A DNA stretch of 64,000 nt from Mobula hypostoma. Taxonomy: Eukaryota. The stretch covers positions 76,262,001-76,326,000 of the forward strand of contig NC_086108.1 in the NCBI RefSeq assembly GCF_963921235.1, written 5' to 3'. The notes below the pieces were generated by a model. It had not been told where the DNA came from, did no database searches, and saw nothing but the letters and a program-made list of their open reading frames with translations. Numbering within the stretch: the first letter of the stretch is position 1; each line of letters begins with the position of its first letter. Below are positions 34,870 through 47,577 of this stretch, in pieces. Made by a program: the position numbers and the translations under genes.

Positions 34870-35175
34870 AAAGAACCTGAGGTAGATCAAGAAAAAGAAT
34901 GGAAGACAGTGGATGCAGGTTACTTGAAATGAGAAGATTCACTGTTCATACCATTCCCATGTGGAATATCAGGTACAGTGCTAGTTTGCATTTGGTCTGA
35001 CCCTGTCAGTGGAGAAGGCTGTGGGTGGATGGATAGCTGAGTATGGAATAGGAAATAAATTTAAAATGGCATGCATCAGGGAGCTCAAGATGGCCATTCT
35101 TGATAGAAAGTGTATTCAGCAAAATAACTGCCCAGTTTACACTTAGCCTCACTGATATAGAGGCAGCCACATTGT
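34870..35175 (-). mobile_element. Old PLE GIY-YIG remnant
   Basis: The minus strand reads QCGCLYISEAKCKLGSYFAEY, matching CGLLYIGETRRRLGDRFAEH of the young PLE. Confidence 0.65.
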
Positions 35176-35179
35176 CCTT

Positions 35180-36510
35180 AACACCATAAGACTATAAGAC
35201 ATAATAGCAGAATTAGGCTATTCACCCCACTGAGTCTACATCATGGCTTGTTTCAAAGTTTAAAGTACATTTATTATCAAAGTGTGTATACTGAGATTTG
35301 TCTCCTTACAGACAGCCACGAAACAAAGAAACCCAATAAACCCATTTTAAAAAGACCATCAAATACCCAATGTCCAGAATAGAAACAATCATGTAAATAA
35401 TAAATGTAAACAAATAACATTCAGAACTGAAGTTCAACAAAGTGAGTCCACAGCCATGAAGTCAATCACTCACTCTCAGATCCAGGCCCTGTCGCTTCAA
35501 TACCCTCTTGGGCCCGGACTGCGCCACCTTGATTCAACCCATACCTGACCTTGCCAATCTGGCCCAGCATTTAAATCGTCCAAACAGCAGACCGTTCCTC
35601 ACCCTCAGACCTGGAACCTGCAACTTCGATATCCTCTTGGTCCTGGGCCCATACCTAACCTTTCTAATCTGGCTCGGCACTTAAATCCACCAAACAATAG
35701 CTCATTCCCCGCCCGCACTTGGTCCCAGACCCCACTGCCTCAATTCGGCCTGTATGTGTCATGCTGCAACAATCCTACATCTTCAAGACTTCAGTTCAGA
35801 CCGCAAACATGCCAGGTCGTACAGGCAATTCAAAAGCACCACTCCAAAAGGGAAGTTACAGGCCACCGATTACAGTAATTGCTTCCGAGAAAATGCCTGA
35901 TGAGTAGTTTGTGAGCTGCCAGCAAGTCATCATTGTGCTTCATCAGCGCCATCTTAAACTGGAAGGTCTTAAATCTTTTACCCTATTCTCCTGCCTTCTC
36001 CCCATAACCTTTATGACACCCTTACTAATCAAGAACCTATCAACATCTGCTTTAAATAAATCCAATGACTTGTTCTCTACAGCCATCTGTGACAACGAAT
36101 TCCTCAGATTCACTAACCTTTAGCTAAAGAAGTTCCTCATCCCTGTTCCAAAGGGATGTCTTCTATTCTGAGACTTTGCCCGCTGGTGCAGGCCTAGAGC
36201 CATCAAACCTGCCTCACATGTTAACCCTTTCATTCCCAGAATAATTCTCAAGAACCTCTTTTGGACCCTCTCCAATGCAGCACATCCTTTCTTAGCTAAG
36301 GGGCCCAACTGTGATCTGACCAATGCCTTACACAGCCTCAGCATTACACCTTTGTTTTTGTATTCTAGTCTGCTCGAAATTAATGCTAATATTGCATTTG
36401 CTTTCCTCACCATCATCTCATCCTGCAAATTAACCGTTAGGGAATCTTGCACCAGGACTAAGTCCCTTTGCACCTCTGATTTCTGAATTTGCTCTTTCTT
36501 TAGAAAAACT
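35180..36510 (-). mobile_element. CR1 3' fragment interrupted by 35250-35960
   Basis: cataagactataagacat tail and ORF 36120-36596 SEVQRDL..RKANAILALISS..LRLCKALVR..LERVQKRF. Confidence 0.85.
35250..35960 (-). mobile_element. Non-coding LINE-tailed element with an internal tandem duplication
   Basis: The minus strand starts AAGATGGCG and ends aataaatgtactttaaactttgaa. Partial relatives lie at 59450-59645 and 55660-55790. Confidence 0.6.
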
Positions 36511-39500
36511 TGACATGGAATGCCATGGACAAGGTTGGAGGAGGTGCCCATAAATCTCTGAATCATATAAGTTTTTGCAACTATATTCTTTAACAAAATA
36601 GCAACTTGTTGATGACTTAATTGATATATAATATAATCAATATATAGTCTAATGTTACATATTTAGTGGTATCCTTTACGTACTAAAATTATCTAATAGG
36701 GGAATGGATAGATCCATGATATGATGTGTAAGAGTGGTGGGAGGTAGGTGCAGAAAAGTAGCCAGGATTCAGGTTACAAACATCCTTTTGGGGAGATTCT
36801 TAAGCATAATGTTAAAGGGATTTAAATAGTTCCAAAACAAAAAATATGTAATGACTGAAAGAATTATAGCTCAAAACAGACCAGAGTAGGAGATAGATAT
36901 GTAACATAAGAGTGAAGTATGAAGTGGAAGAACAAATTCCTTCTGTTAGAATGGTCACAAGAGTCACACTCAGTTTTAGAGATCTGCTGTGGCAATCTGG
37001 CATTGTAAAAATATAAGAGTTAATATGGACCTTTTGGTAGGGCAAATAATGTATCCCTTCACTTGTAAATGGAACAAATTTGATAAGGATCAAAAGATGA
37101 TTTAAATTAGTTCAAACTATGTGTTGCATCAACAATGAAGCTAAATCCTTGATGACAGATAAAAAATAGGGTTGAATCTACATAAATAGAATGGAATTGA
37201 TCAAACTGAAGAATGGCCAGGGTGAACAGATTTCCTAAATTTCATTTTCAAAAGATACAAAATTCAAAAAAGATACAAAAATATTTTGAGGGTGTAGATA
37301 TTTAACGAGAGACATTTCTAAAGCTCAGGGAATACTTTTTGATGTTTCAAGAATAATTTAATTTCTACTTTGAAGATTTTAATTTATAGAAAACATAGGA
37401 AAGCAAGTTTCACAGATATCCTGATTAACGGGAAACATTGGTCATTTATTAGGCAAATAATTAGGTTCAGCATTTTTTATTCTGCCGCAGAAAATGGTAT
37501 TTTGTACAGGATTAGTCATACACTGCCGAGTGCAGAGTCTTAAGAATGTTTAAAAGAAGGAAAAACAAGCTATTGTTGATCTTGTTCTAAAGCATTTCGT
37601 ATTATCATCTTAAGGAAAGTAAGGATGCTTTAAAAAAATAAATAATCCATTATAAGATGAACAGAGCCTTTATTAAGCAGTACTGAGAAGGGTAATGATG
37701 TGTTTGGAAATTAAAGTGATCAAACATTTAATGCAACTCACTCCTGTAGGCAAACAGCAATTTAAATGACTCAATTATGCATCCATTATCGCTCCCTATT
37801 AAACAAGTAGCTTTTCCTGCTCAATGCTTCTCCAAGTGTTCTTTAAAAAGAGAAAGAGAGCAAGCTAATAAACCACTAAACTAGTTAACTAAGACTACAA
37901 ACGAGAGAGAGGAAAAAAAGATCCAGCAATATCTGCATATGCTTGATCCATAAATCACACTAATTAGTTTAACATGAAAATCAACTCTTCAATATTCTGT
38001 TAAATTATGCATTTACATATTAAAACTCAAATGAAGTAAAGATTGGTAGTCTGGGTCACTGCAGCAATAATGGCATGGACAAAAAAACTGATAAAACCAT
38101 TTATTATGGTATGAATAACTAATTTCAAAATTTATGACATTGGATTTTAGTTCCTCTTGCCTTCATATATGCTAAGAAATTAGCACAGCCATAAATGGAA
38201 AGGAAATCAGTCTGTGTTATTTGCTGTCTGCCATTTGCAAATCATTATTAATTGCGCCACATCGCTCTTACATGGACAGTCTGCCTCAGCAGACAGGCAT
38301 ATCTCTTCATCAGGGCTGAGGCGTGAGCCCCGAAGAACCAATTACCCCTCTCTGGGCTGTATCAGATATGGAAGGAATTTTTACAAATTACAGAATAAAT
38401 AGAATTTTCACACGTCGAATGGGAGAACCACAAACTCGTAATGAAAAACAATACATCACAATCAAGAGGACAATTCCATTCATAGACCAATAGATTATGC
38501 TTACTACTCATAATCCTGCACCAGGCAATGACAAAATATGTTTACCTTTCTGAAGTATACTTAGCTACCAATGTATTTTTCTAAATAAAAAAATTATAAT
38601 ATACTTTGCCAAGTAATATTTATTAATTTATTATGCAATTTTGTCACACAATAGTACAGAATATTTTTTGTTACATCAGATGCATCTGATCAAACTTTGT
38701 TTGTGGAGCACTCTTCCTTTATAGACTAAAATAGTTTAACCCTTTAATATGTAAATGAAAATTACACAGAGCTCAGAAAATAGCATTAAGTCTTGATGAC
38801 ATTTTGTTTCCAACAATTCTTGTTTCATGCTAATATTTAGTTAAATGTTCAGTAAATGCTGTGCAAATAAAAAATGTTAGTTGATAAGGAAATTATAATA
38901 ATTGTATGTGAAGTACGTAATGAGCCATTGCCTTAAATCCTTCAGTACCTAGTACAAATTTACAGTAGCACAATGGATTAATTTACAAAAAAAAGTAAGT
39001 AGTGTAAATCTAATATATGTGAATATGAGTTTAGATGGTGTTGAAATAAATAAAAATAATAATAAACCATAAATTAATTATTCTATTATCTGTAAAAATT
39101 ACAGTCCTACAATCCCTAAATAAAGGCTGCAGAGTTTTACTATTAAAATTGACAGATGATGATACTGTCACCAGTTCTTTCTTTGATTGCTTATTTTCCT
39201 TCGCTTTGTAACTTCTGAGCTATTTGATACTGTTCTAAGTTTAATATCTAGAAACTCATCACCTTTTCATACACAAACTTGGGCTCCAAGCAGCTAATTT
39301 CATTTTGATAAATGTGTATTCCAAAATGGTTTGAGTAGCCAAGTAGAAAGGCAAATAATAAATTAGCTAGTAAGTAACATTTGATCCATCAGGTCCCTTC
39401 TGAGTTCTTCAGTAGTTGTAGCTACAACAGACTGAGCAGAATGTTTTTAATAATCTAATGGCTAGTGACGATAAGGTTTCAAATGTAAACCCATTAAAAT

Positions 39501-41189
39501 TCATTTGCAGTTTGCTTTAATTGGTCCTCTTTGAACTTTCACAGATGCAAGTAAACATAAATTCTGTAGGCAACATACTAGGATGGATATTTGAAGTCTT
39601 GCTTCTGAGAACATGATTCCAGAGGTGAACAAAACGGTGATTTTTCAAACACTAGGTGTCTTTAGAGTGGTTGAAATGTACAAACCAGTAACCTGATTAG
39701 CAAATTAGAAGATACCAAATAAACAGTGAGAATATTATTCAATGCTACAAAGGTTTCTTTATGTTGCAGATGTATGATTCATTCACAAGAAGAGTTGAGA
39801 AAGCAGTAAACAGTTCTTCATGCCCACAGAGAAACCAGAACTATTATTATCGTTCCCTTGATGTTTAAAAAAAGTCAAGAGAGATGCCAAAGGGCTTTTT
39901 AAAAAAGAATCAACATGACTCCCAAACTGAATGTTTCAGCAACATAAGTATATAGAAATAATTCACACTGCTGTGCTTTTGGAAACAGGTCTAGAGTTTA
40001 ATTGGCAATTTGAGCACCATTACTTTGAATCTAAAGCTTAGTTTCTGTATACCAGTCTGGCCCTAAAATGTACTACTTTTATTTTGACAGGAGAAAAATA
40101 AAACATCTAAAATCTTGATATTAGAATTCTGGTATAAACATGACAAAATAAAACTTCGGTTGTTGCAAACTGCAGCCATGAAACTCAGGCTTATCCTTGC
40201 AATTTTCTGGTCAACACTCAAGGTTAATATAAATTAAAAATGGATCCCTATTGATATAAGTTTCCTAAACCTCTTGGAAATTACTTGCTTATGATTCCAT
40301 ATCATTCACTTTCCAGTTTACTTAAATTATAATCTCTAACTGGAACTTACTACATTGGGAATTTTAAAAAATTCTTAAAAATTTTAAAAAATTCTTTATT
40401 TCTTCATAATATAGTGGAGGAAAGTAAGGAAAAGGTATAAAGGGATCCCATGAAAATGAGGGTACATCCTCGGTGTGTGGCACCTAAATGCAGATACCCC
40501 ATGAGTTAAAATTAATGCACTTTAACCACCAGTGCTTTGGAAAGAGTTGATGTAATGCCACTGTAACACTGAGTTATGACTATGTACCCATTCTTGGCAT
40601 TTCAATAACATGATTTCTACAGCATTGATCATCTCCAAAAAGGCAGCCCCAATGGTATTGCTTCATTTTGGGAATTTTGATTTTAAATTGTATCAAAAGT
40701 AGGTTTTGGAATGGGTTTTGTTTAATTATTGTACAAAATCTGCAGCATAAATACATGTCTGCTACAGAGGTAGATTCGTTCACACAAACCCAGTGACAGT
40801 GTCTGCTATGAATATAGAGCGCATAGTTGTTTTGGTTGACAGACCGACTGATGAATCCCCTTCAAAATATTTCACGCATGTAGCTATCCAAGTTATTCAT
40901 CAGCAGAATGTCTTTTTGAGGCACAGAAAAATTGTGCATCTCTGACAGCACTTAAAAGGCAGCCAGCAGCTCGTAGAGGAGATGCATTCTGGTGAGAGAC
41001 AACAAGGGAACTTTTCAGATTGAAGAAAACATTCTGAAGAGACCCCAAGATTTCTACTGCTGGTAGAGCAAAGCCTTAATCCAAGTGGTGGACAAGTTGA
41101 GAAGGATGCCATTCTCCTGGTAGGCAAAACTCAAGCAACACATGCTGCAAATAGGAAGAGTAATGTATCAAATACGAAAAGGAGCACAG

Positions 41190-41715
41190 CATTGTTGCTT
41201 GAGCCTGCTCCATCAATCCTAGCTGATCTTTCACTTCAGTATCCAGTTCTGCATTCTTCCCATATCCATTGATCACTCTTGCATTAGAACACCCTTACCT
41301 TCTTCTTGAATGCATTTAATTAATTGATCACTGCCTTCTGTGCATGAGAATTCCATAGGTCCACAGTGTACTATTTGACATCTTGGATTTGTGAACCATG
41401 TTTTGGACTGCCCTGATGTTGGGAGCATCCTCCTGGTACTTAGTCAGACTGTTAAAATTTTATTGGTTTCAATGAGATCCATTCTCATTTTTATTATACA
41501 CAAGTGAATATACCCAATTTCCTCTCTTATCATAGTCCTGCCATCCATGATCAAAGCTGTAAGTGTTTATTGCCATCCATCTACAGCAAGAATGCACTTC
41601 AGAAAAGGAGACCAAAATCATACATAAAGCTCCATATAAAATCCTAACAGAGTAGCAAGACTAGTTCTTGTACTCGATTTCTCTTTCAAGGAAGCCCAAA
41701 ATGCTTGAAGCATCC
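41190..41715 (-). mobile_element. CR1 fragment, degenerate
   Basis: ttcccatatccattgat..gagaattccatagg..ttcaatgagatccattctcatt, with ASSILGFLEREIEYKN. Confidence 0.65.
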
Positions 41716-43359
41716 ACTACAAAAAGGGTTAGTTGGTCTTTAAACTTTTTCAACAGCTGGTTGAAAACAAATTGGATGTATGGACAAAAGCATGGCAGCT
41801 GGAGTGTAACAGGAATAAATGGTCCATTTGTTTCTAAATATAGATTATCTGAAAGGTGACAAATTGGGAAAAGGGAAGGGGCAACGTAAAGTAATAGCAC
41901 ATGGAAGCATTGACTAAATAAGTCTCAACCATTTTTAATTCACTGCTGATTATCAAGATTTACAATGATCAGCAAATGCTATATGTTACATTATGGATCC
42001 ATAGATCAAAAAAGTGGAATAGCGATATTGAGACAAAGCACAGCATTAAAACTACTATAATTGCAAGTGTATTTTAACACATTAACACACGTTAAAAGTG
42101 TATTCTATAATTGGAAGACACCACAGCTTTAAAGTCTAATGCCTACAGTAGGATTTTATTTCACATCATTAAATATGTATATCCTATTACATGGCTTGTT
42201 AGATTATTGAACCCTATTGACTGAGGATAAATTTTCAGTGGTGCTGTATGCAATAAATTCATTCAAAGATAATAAGTCTCAATAATCAAGCCAGCCATGT
42301 AATACCATGATATTATAAGAAATAACTATTAGTATTTTATATATATTAAGCATTTGCACAATTCAATTTTGAAAACAATATACTTTTGCAAATAAAGTGT
42401 TCTGATTGTTTCTGTTTTTTTATGCTTAACATTTTTCAGCTTTGTTTATAATCTACAGTAAATAGTGAGAACTTCTCAATTTCAAGCAGACATTTTATTT
42501 TGTGAAAATGGAAGAAAAAGGGCCAGGTAGAACATTATGTAATGGTATCACTCTAATATTTCACAAATAACTCATGACTGTAAGCACTTCATAATTTAAC
42601 TATAAACTACACAAATAGTATATTCAAAAAAATGTCCTTTCAGCACCTTGTAACTTTTAATGAAAAATGATGTCCCAAAAGATCCTGTCTTTTCTCCTTA
42701 CCATACCTGCAATGATTCGGAGAGATTTAAGTGAAAAGACGCTCTGCAAATATTGTAGTCAGCCAACCAGCATACAAATGTAGACTGCTTTTTAATGGGA
42801 GCACCTGTAGCAAAACATATGCCCATCACATGAGAGTTGACAGGACAAAGCATAAGGATAAATGGAAATTATTACAGGTAAAGATGCTTCTTGTCCTGAG
42901 GTGACCTGTGCAGGTCCAAGAAAAACATCCTGTGGAACTAATGTTGTGGACGCAGACAGTGACCTTTGTGGTCACAGCTGACACAATGCAAATTTCACAC
43001 TATCCTGGGCATTTTCTTCATTCGGACAGGCACTTCAGTCTCATGCCTAGCCTCAGTCTTTCATGCAGAGATGCTTATGATCAAGTTGTAATGAACATGT
43101 TGCTTGGAGCAGTCCCTGCTGTGAATTGTGTTCAATTCTCCTGCTATTATGATGTAGGATATCTACCATTATATACTTGCTGAGGGTTAGACAATTTTGC
43201 ACTTTTATCAATCCTGTGGTTACACTTGGGAACTTTTAATCATCATTGGCAATTAGACTCAGTTCTGAAATGGAACTAAATAGCCCAGCCAGAAGATACA
43301 AAAATTACATACTTGTGTTGAAATCTTAGAACTCACCGTCAATTAGTTCTAGAGTAATT

Positions 43360-44960
43360 TTCTTCAGTCTTCATTGTGGAAGACACTAGCAGTATGCCAG
43401 AAGTTCAAGAGTGTCAGTGAGCGAAAGTGAGTGCGGTTCCTATTAAAAGGGAGAAGGTGCTTAGGAAGCTGAAAGATCTGAGGTAGATAAATCACCTGTA
43501 ACAGATGGTGTATGCCCCAGGGTTCAGAAAGAGGTAATTTAAGAGATTGCGGAAGCATTAGTAATGATCTTTAAAGAATCACTAGATTCTGGCATGGTTC
43601 TGAAGAAAATTGTAAATGTCTCTCCACTCTTCAAGAAAGAAGGGAGGCAGAGAAAGGGAATTATAAGCCAGTTAGCCTGACCTCAGTGGTTGTGAAGATG
43701 TTGGAGTCAATTGTTAAGGATGAGGTTTTGGGGTACTTGGAGTCACATGATAAAATATGCAAAAGTCAGCAAGGCTTTCTTAAGGAAAAATCTTGCCTGA
43801 CAAATCCGTTGAAATTCTTTGACGAAATAACAAACAGGATAAACAAAGGAGAATCAGTGGATGCTGTATAATTGGATTTTCAGAAGGTTGCTTAGCAAGT
43901 TAAGAGCCCATGGCATTACAGGAGAAGACACTAGCATGAATAAAGCATTGGCTGATTGGCAGGAGGCAATGAGTGGGTATAAAGGAAGCCTTTTCTGATA
44001 AGCTGCCGGTGACTAGTGGCGTTCTGCAGGGGACGGTTTTGGGACTGCTTCTTTTTATGCTGTATATCAATAATGTGGATGACAGAATTGATGGCTTTGT
44101 GGCCAAGTTTGAAGATGATACAAAGATAGGTGAAAGGGCAGATAGTGTTGAGGAAGCAGGGAAGCTGCAAAAGGACTTAGACAGATTAGGAAAATAGGAA
44201 AGAAGTGGCAGATGGAATACAGTGTATGGTTGTGTACTTTGGTAGAAAGAATAACAGTGTAGACTATTTTCTAAATGAGCAGAACATTGAAAAATGCTTG
44301 GTGCAAAGGGACTTAGGAGTCCTTGCGCAAGATTCCCTAAAGGTTAACTTGCAGATTGAGTCAGTGGTGAGGAAGACACCTTTCAAGAGGACTAAAATAT
44401 AAAAGCAAGGATGTAATGCTGAGGATTTTTAAGCCACTAGTGAGGCCTCATTTGGAATATTGCGAGCATATTTGGGCCCCTTATCTAAGAAAGGATGGGC
44501 TGACATTGGAGATGGTTCAAAGGCTGATTACAAATGTGATCCCTGGCTTATCCTATGAGGAGTGATAGGTCTGGGCCTGGACTTTCTGGAATTTATTAGA
44601 ATGAGGGAGAAACTCATTGAATCCTTTTGAATGTTGGAAGGCCTAGATAGAGTGGATGTGGAGAGGATGTTTCCAATAATGGGGAAAGTAGGATCAGAGG
44701 GCACAACCTCAGAGTAGAGAGATATCCATTTAGAACAGAGATGAGGAGGAATTTCTTTCACCAGAGGCTGGTGAATCTTGGAATTCGTTGCCACAGGCAG
44801 CAGTGGAGACCAGGTCATTGGGTGTATTTAAGGTGGAGGTTGATAGATTTTTGGTAAGTCAGGGCATGAAAGGTTAAGGTTATGGGGAGAGGCAGGAGAA
44901 TGGGATTGAGAGGGAAAAGGATCAGCCATGAACAAATGGCGGAACAGACTCCATGGTCTT
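43360..44960 (+). mobile_element. CR1 RT-to-3' fragment
   Basis: NYKPVSLTSVV, KSCLTNPLKFFDEIT, VTSGVLQGTVLGLLLFMLYINNVD..KFEDDTKIG. Confidence 0.92.
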
Positions 44961-45699
44961 ATATGACCCAAGAATTGCACTGCATGTTTAGATTCCAATC
45001 ATTTTGTGATTGGTAATCATAATATAGTCAATGATTTGCCATGGAAGCATGTTGGGGTTGGCCATTGCTTGGAACATGTGTATTACAAACGTTTCCTGCC
45101 ATTTATCAGACCATGAACAATGTCAAGATCTGTTGCATGCTGGCATACTTCACTTGCTGATGAACCCTGAATTAAACTGAACATCACCACTTCTGACTTT
45201 ATGATGAAAGAAACATCATGATTAACCTACTGAAGAGGGTTTGGTCTAGAAAATGTCCTAAGATGATTATGCAAGCATTGCAGCATTTCCTTTAGGTGTA
45301 CAATCCCACAGCTTTTTTTTTTGTATCCAGTATTCTCAGTCATTTCTTGATATTATATGGAGTGCGCTAAATTGGCTGAAGACTGCCTTGTGTGGTGGTC
45401 AGGATCTCAAGAGCAGCTGAGGTGGGTATCCTTAACAATTTCATATTACTGCTTTGATCAGAATTATATAAAAATGTTTATGGATTATTTATAAGGATAC
45501 ATTGCAGAGGACTGGTATAGTTTCCAATGAATTCAGAAGGTCAAAGGGTGACAATGAAAATTCACTTGAAGTGGGGAATTCTAGGCCAAAAGAAAACAAT
45601 CCTAAAATTTGAATAAACAATTTAAGTGCAAGATCATAAAGATTTCATGCAAGGATTATTTGATATTTAGATAGCTTTGCTCTAAAAACTACAGGTATT

Positions 45700-46390
45700 G
45701 GGCTGAGAAAATTTCAAACTCAACAGAGGAAAGTATACAGTAAATGACAGGAGCATTTAGAGTACTGATGTACAGAAAGATTTTGGGGTGCAAGTCCATA
45801 GCTCTCTGACAGGGGCAACACAAATTGATATAATGGTAAAGAAGGCATAGAGCATGCTTGCTTTCATTGAAAGAACCATTGAGTAGAAACATTTGGAAGT
45901 TATATTACAGTTGTATAACACTTTAGTTAGGCCATATTTGGAGTATTGTGTGTAGTTCTGATCACTGTACTATAGGATGTGGAGGCTTTGAAGAGGGTAC
46001 AGAAGAGGTTCCTCATGATGTTGCCTGAACTGGAGTGTATTAGCTATTAAGAGAGGTTTGACAAGGTTGGATTGTTTTCCGTAGAGCACTGGAGGGTGAG
46101 AGGTGGCCTGACGGAAGTATACAAAATCTTCAGAGGTAAGATAGAAGATAACCAGAATCTTGTTTCCATACTGGAAATACTCTGTGGCATCAGTTTAAAC
46201 TGGATGGGGTGGAATTTTAAGGGAGATTTGTGTGGAAAATTTATTACACACAGAGTTCCTGGAATGCACTACAGGGAAGGTGGTAGAAGCAGAAAAAATA
46301 GAAATGTTTAAGAGGCATTTAGTCTGTGATGTGTACAGGCGGGGGATAAAAGGACAAGCAGATGGGATTAGTATAACTTGGAGTAATAGT
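45700..46390 (+). mobile_element. CR1 3' fragment
   Basis: gtacagaaagattttggggtgcaagtccatag..ttggagtattgtgtg..gagggtacagaagaggttc, with LFSVEHWRVRGGLTEVYKI. Confidence 0.8.
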
Positions 46391-46757
46391 CACTATGTTG
46401 TCCAGCCATAAGGTACTGAACCATTAAATTAGTAGGCTTGACAGGTTTTGCATGATGGTTCAATTAAAGTATATTTTTAGGTCATATCATGACAGGAAGC
46501 AGAGAATGAAAAGTTTTCACCGATTTAATGTTGAAATTAGATCAGTCCCTAACACTGGGGCACTAGCAGAAAATTCTCCATTCTTGTAACTACATATAAG
46601 TAAGATTTAATGGGGCTTTGTTCAAAATATTTTACACTTAATCTTGTTTCTTTGTTTCCTTGTTCTTGATTCTTCATGATACAATATCATACAAGCTACA
46701 TACCAAGGAGGAGAAATGGTTGGCTCTGCCATGTCAATAGAGCTTTTCACAGAAATA

Positions 46758-47577
46758 CAGAGGATTCCAGTTAGTTGGGCCATCAGTTAATAGGAGCAGC
46801 TGCTTATTTGTGATAACATTTAAAGAACAAAAACTAATTGAGAAAATAGCCAGGATTCCCTTTGTTCATTTGGGACAATACGCCATTTAATTGGAACAGG
46901 AGACTTGCTGAACAGTTTCTAGCTAGCATCAGTCACATGCACTTGCATGGCTATTAGACACTACACCATGCTTAGGGTGAACGGTTTTTAAATAGAGTCA
47001 GTTGTGTGTGTTTGTGTTCAAACAGCAGTGAATTTTGTCACTGATAGTTGGTGAGAAATAAGCAGTAAGACAATTCAGAGCTGTTTTGCTCACTGTGGTT
47101 TCAAGCATTCAGACTTGGTGATGCCAGAAACAGCTGGGCGTGAACAGGAAACAATTTCACGACTTCAACAAGTTAGGAACTACAAAGAATTCAAAGGTAC
47201 CGACAATTATCTTGAATATTATAACGAAAATTAAGATTTGGAAGATGTAATCATCGAAAGCATTGTACAAAGGTAGTCCACTAATTGGCTGTGCTGATTT
47301 TGTTCAATTATAGTCAATCAAAAGAATATGTCAGAGTACACTGAATGAATTCCTTCATTGAGAACTATTAGGACCCAATGCACAGTTTTATAGTACTGCA
47401 GTAGTATTGGTAGTGTTGAAACTTGTTCTGTATTTCATTTAAATATATAATTTCTATTTAATTTGTCCTTTTTATACCTTTTAACCATTTCCATGAAACT
47501 TCAGCTAATTGGGGCAGCTGCTTAATTGGGCCAAAATGTACTGGTCCCGATGCGTCACAATTAACTGGAATTCACTG
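46758..47577 (+). mobile_element. Complete Tigger/pogo-like MITE (820 bp)
   Basis: TA-CAGAGGATTCCAGTTAGTTGGG ... CACAATTAACTGGAATTCACTG-TA, with no transposase ORF. The superfamily call rests on the TA TSD and CAG termini. Confidence 0.8.

Noticed and set aside
39770..39805. Possible 36-nt exon (MYDSFTRRVEKA)
   Set aside because: The acceptor is plausible but the donor (GCA/GTAAAC) is weak and there is no other support.
40358..40397. AT-rich tandem/palindromic AATTTTAAAAAATTCTT duplication
   Set aside because: A simple low-complexity duplication, expected in AT-rich DNA.
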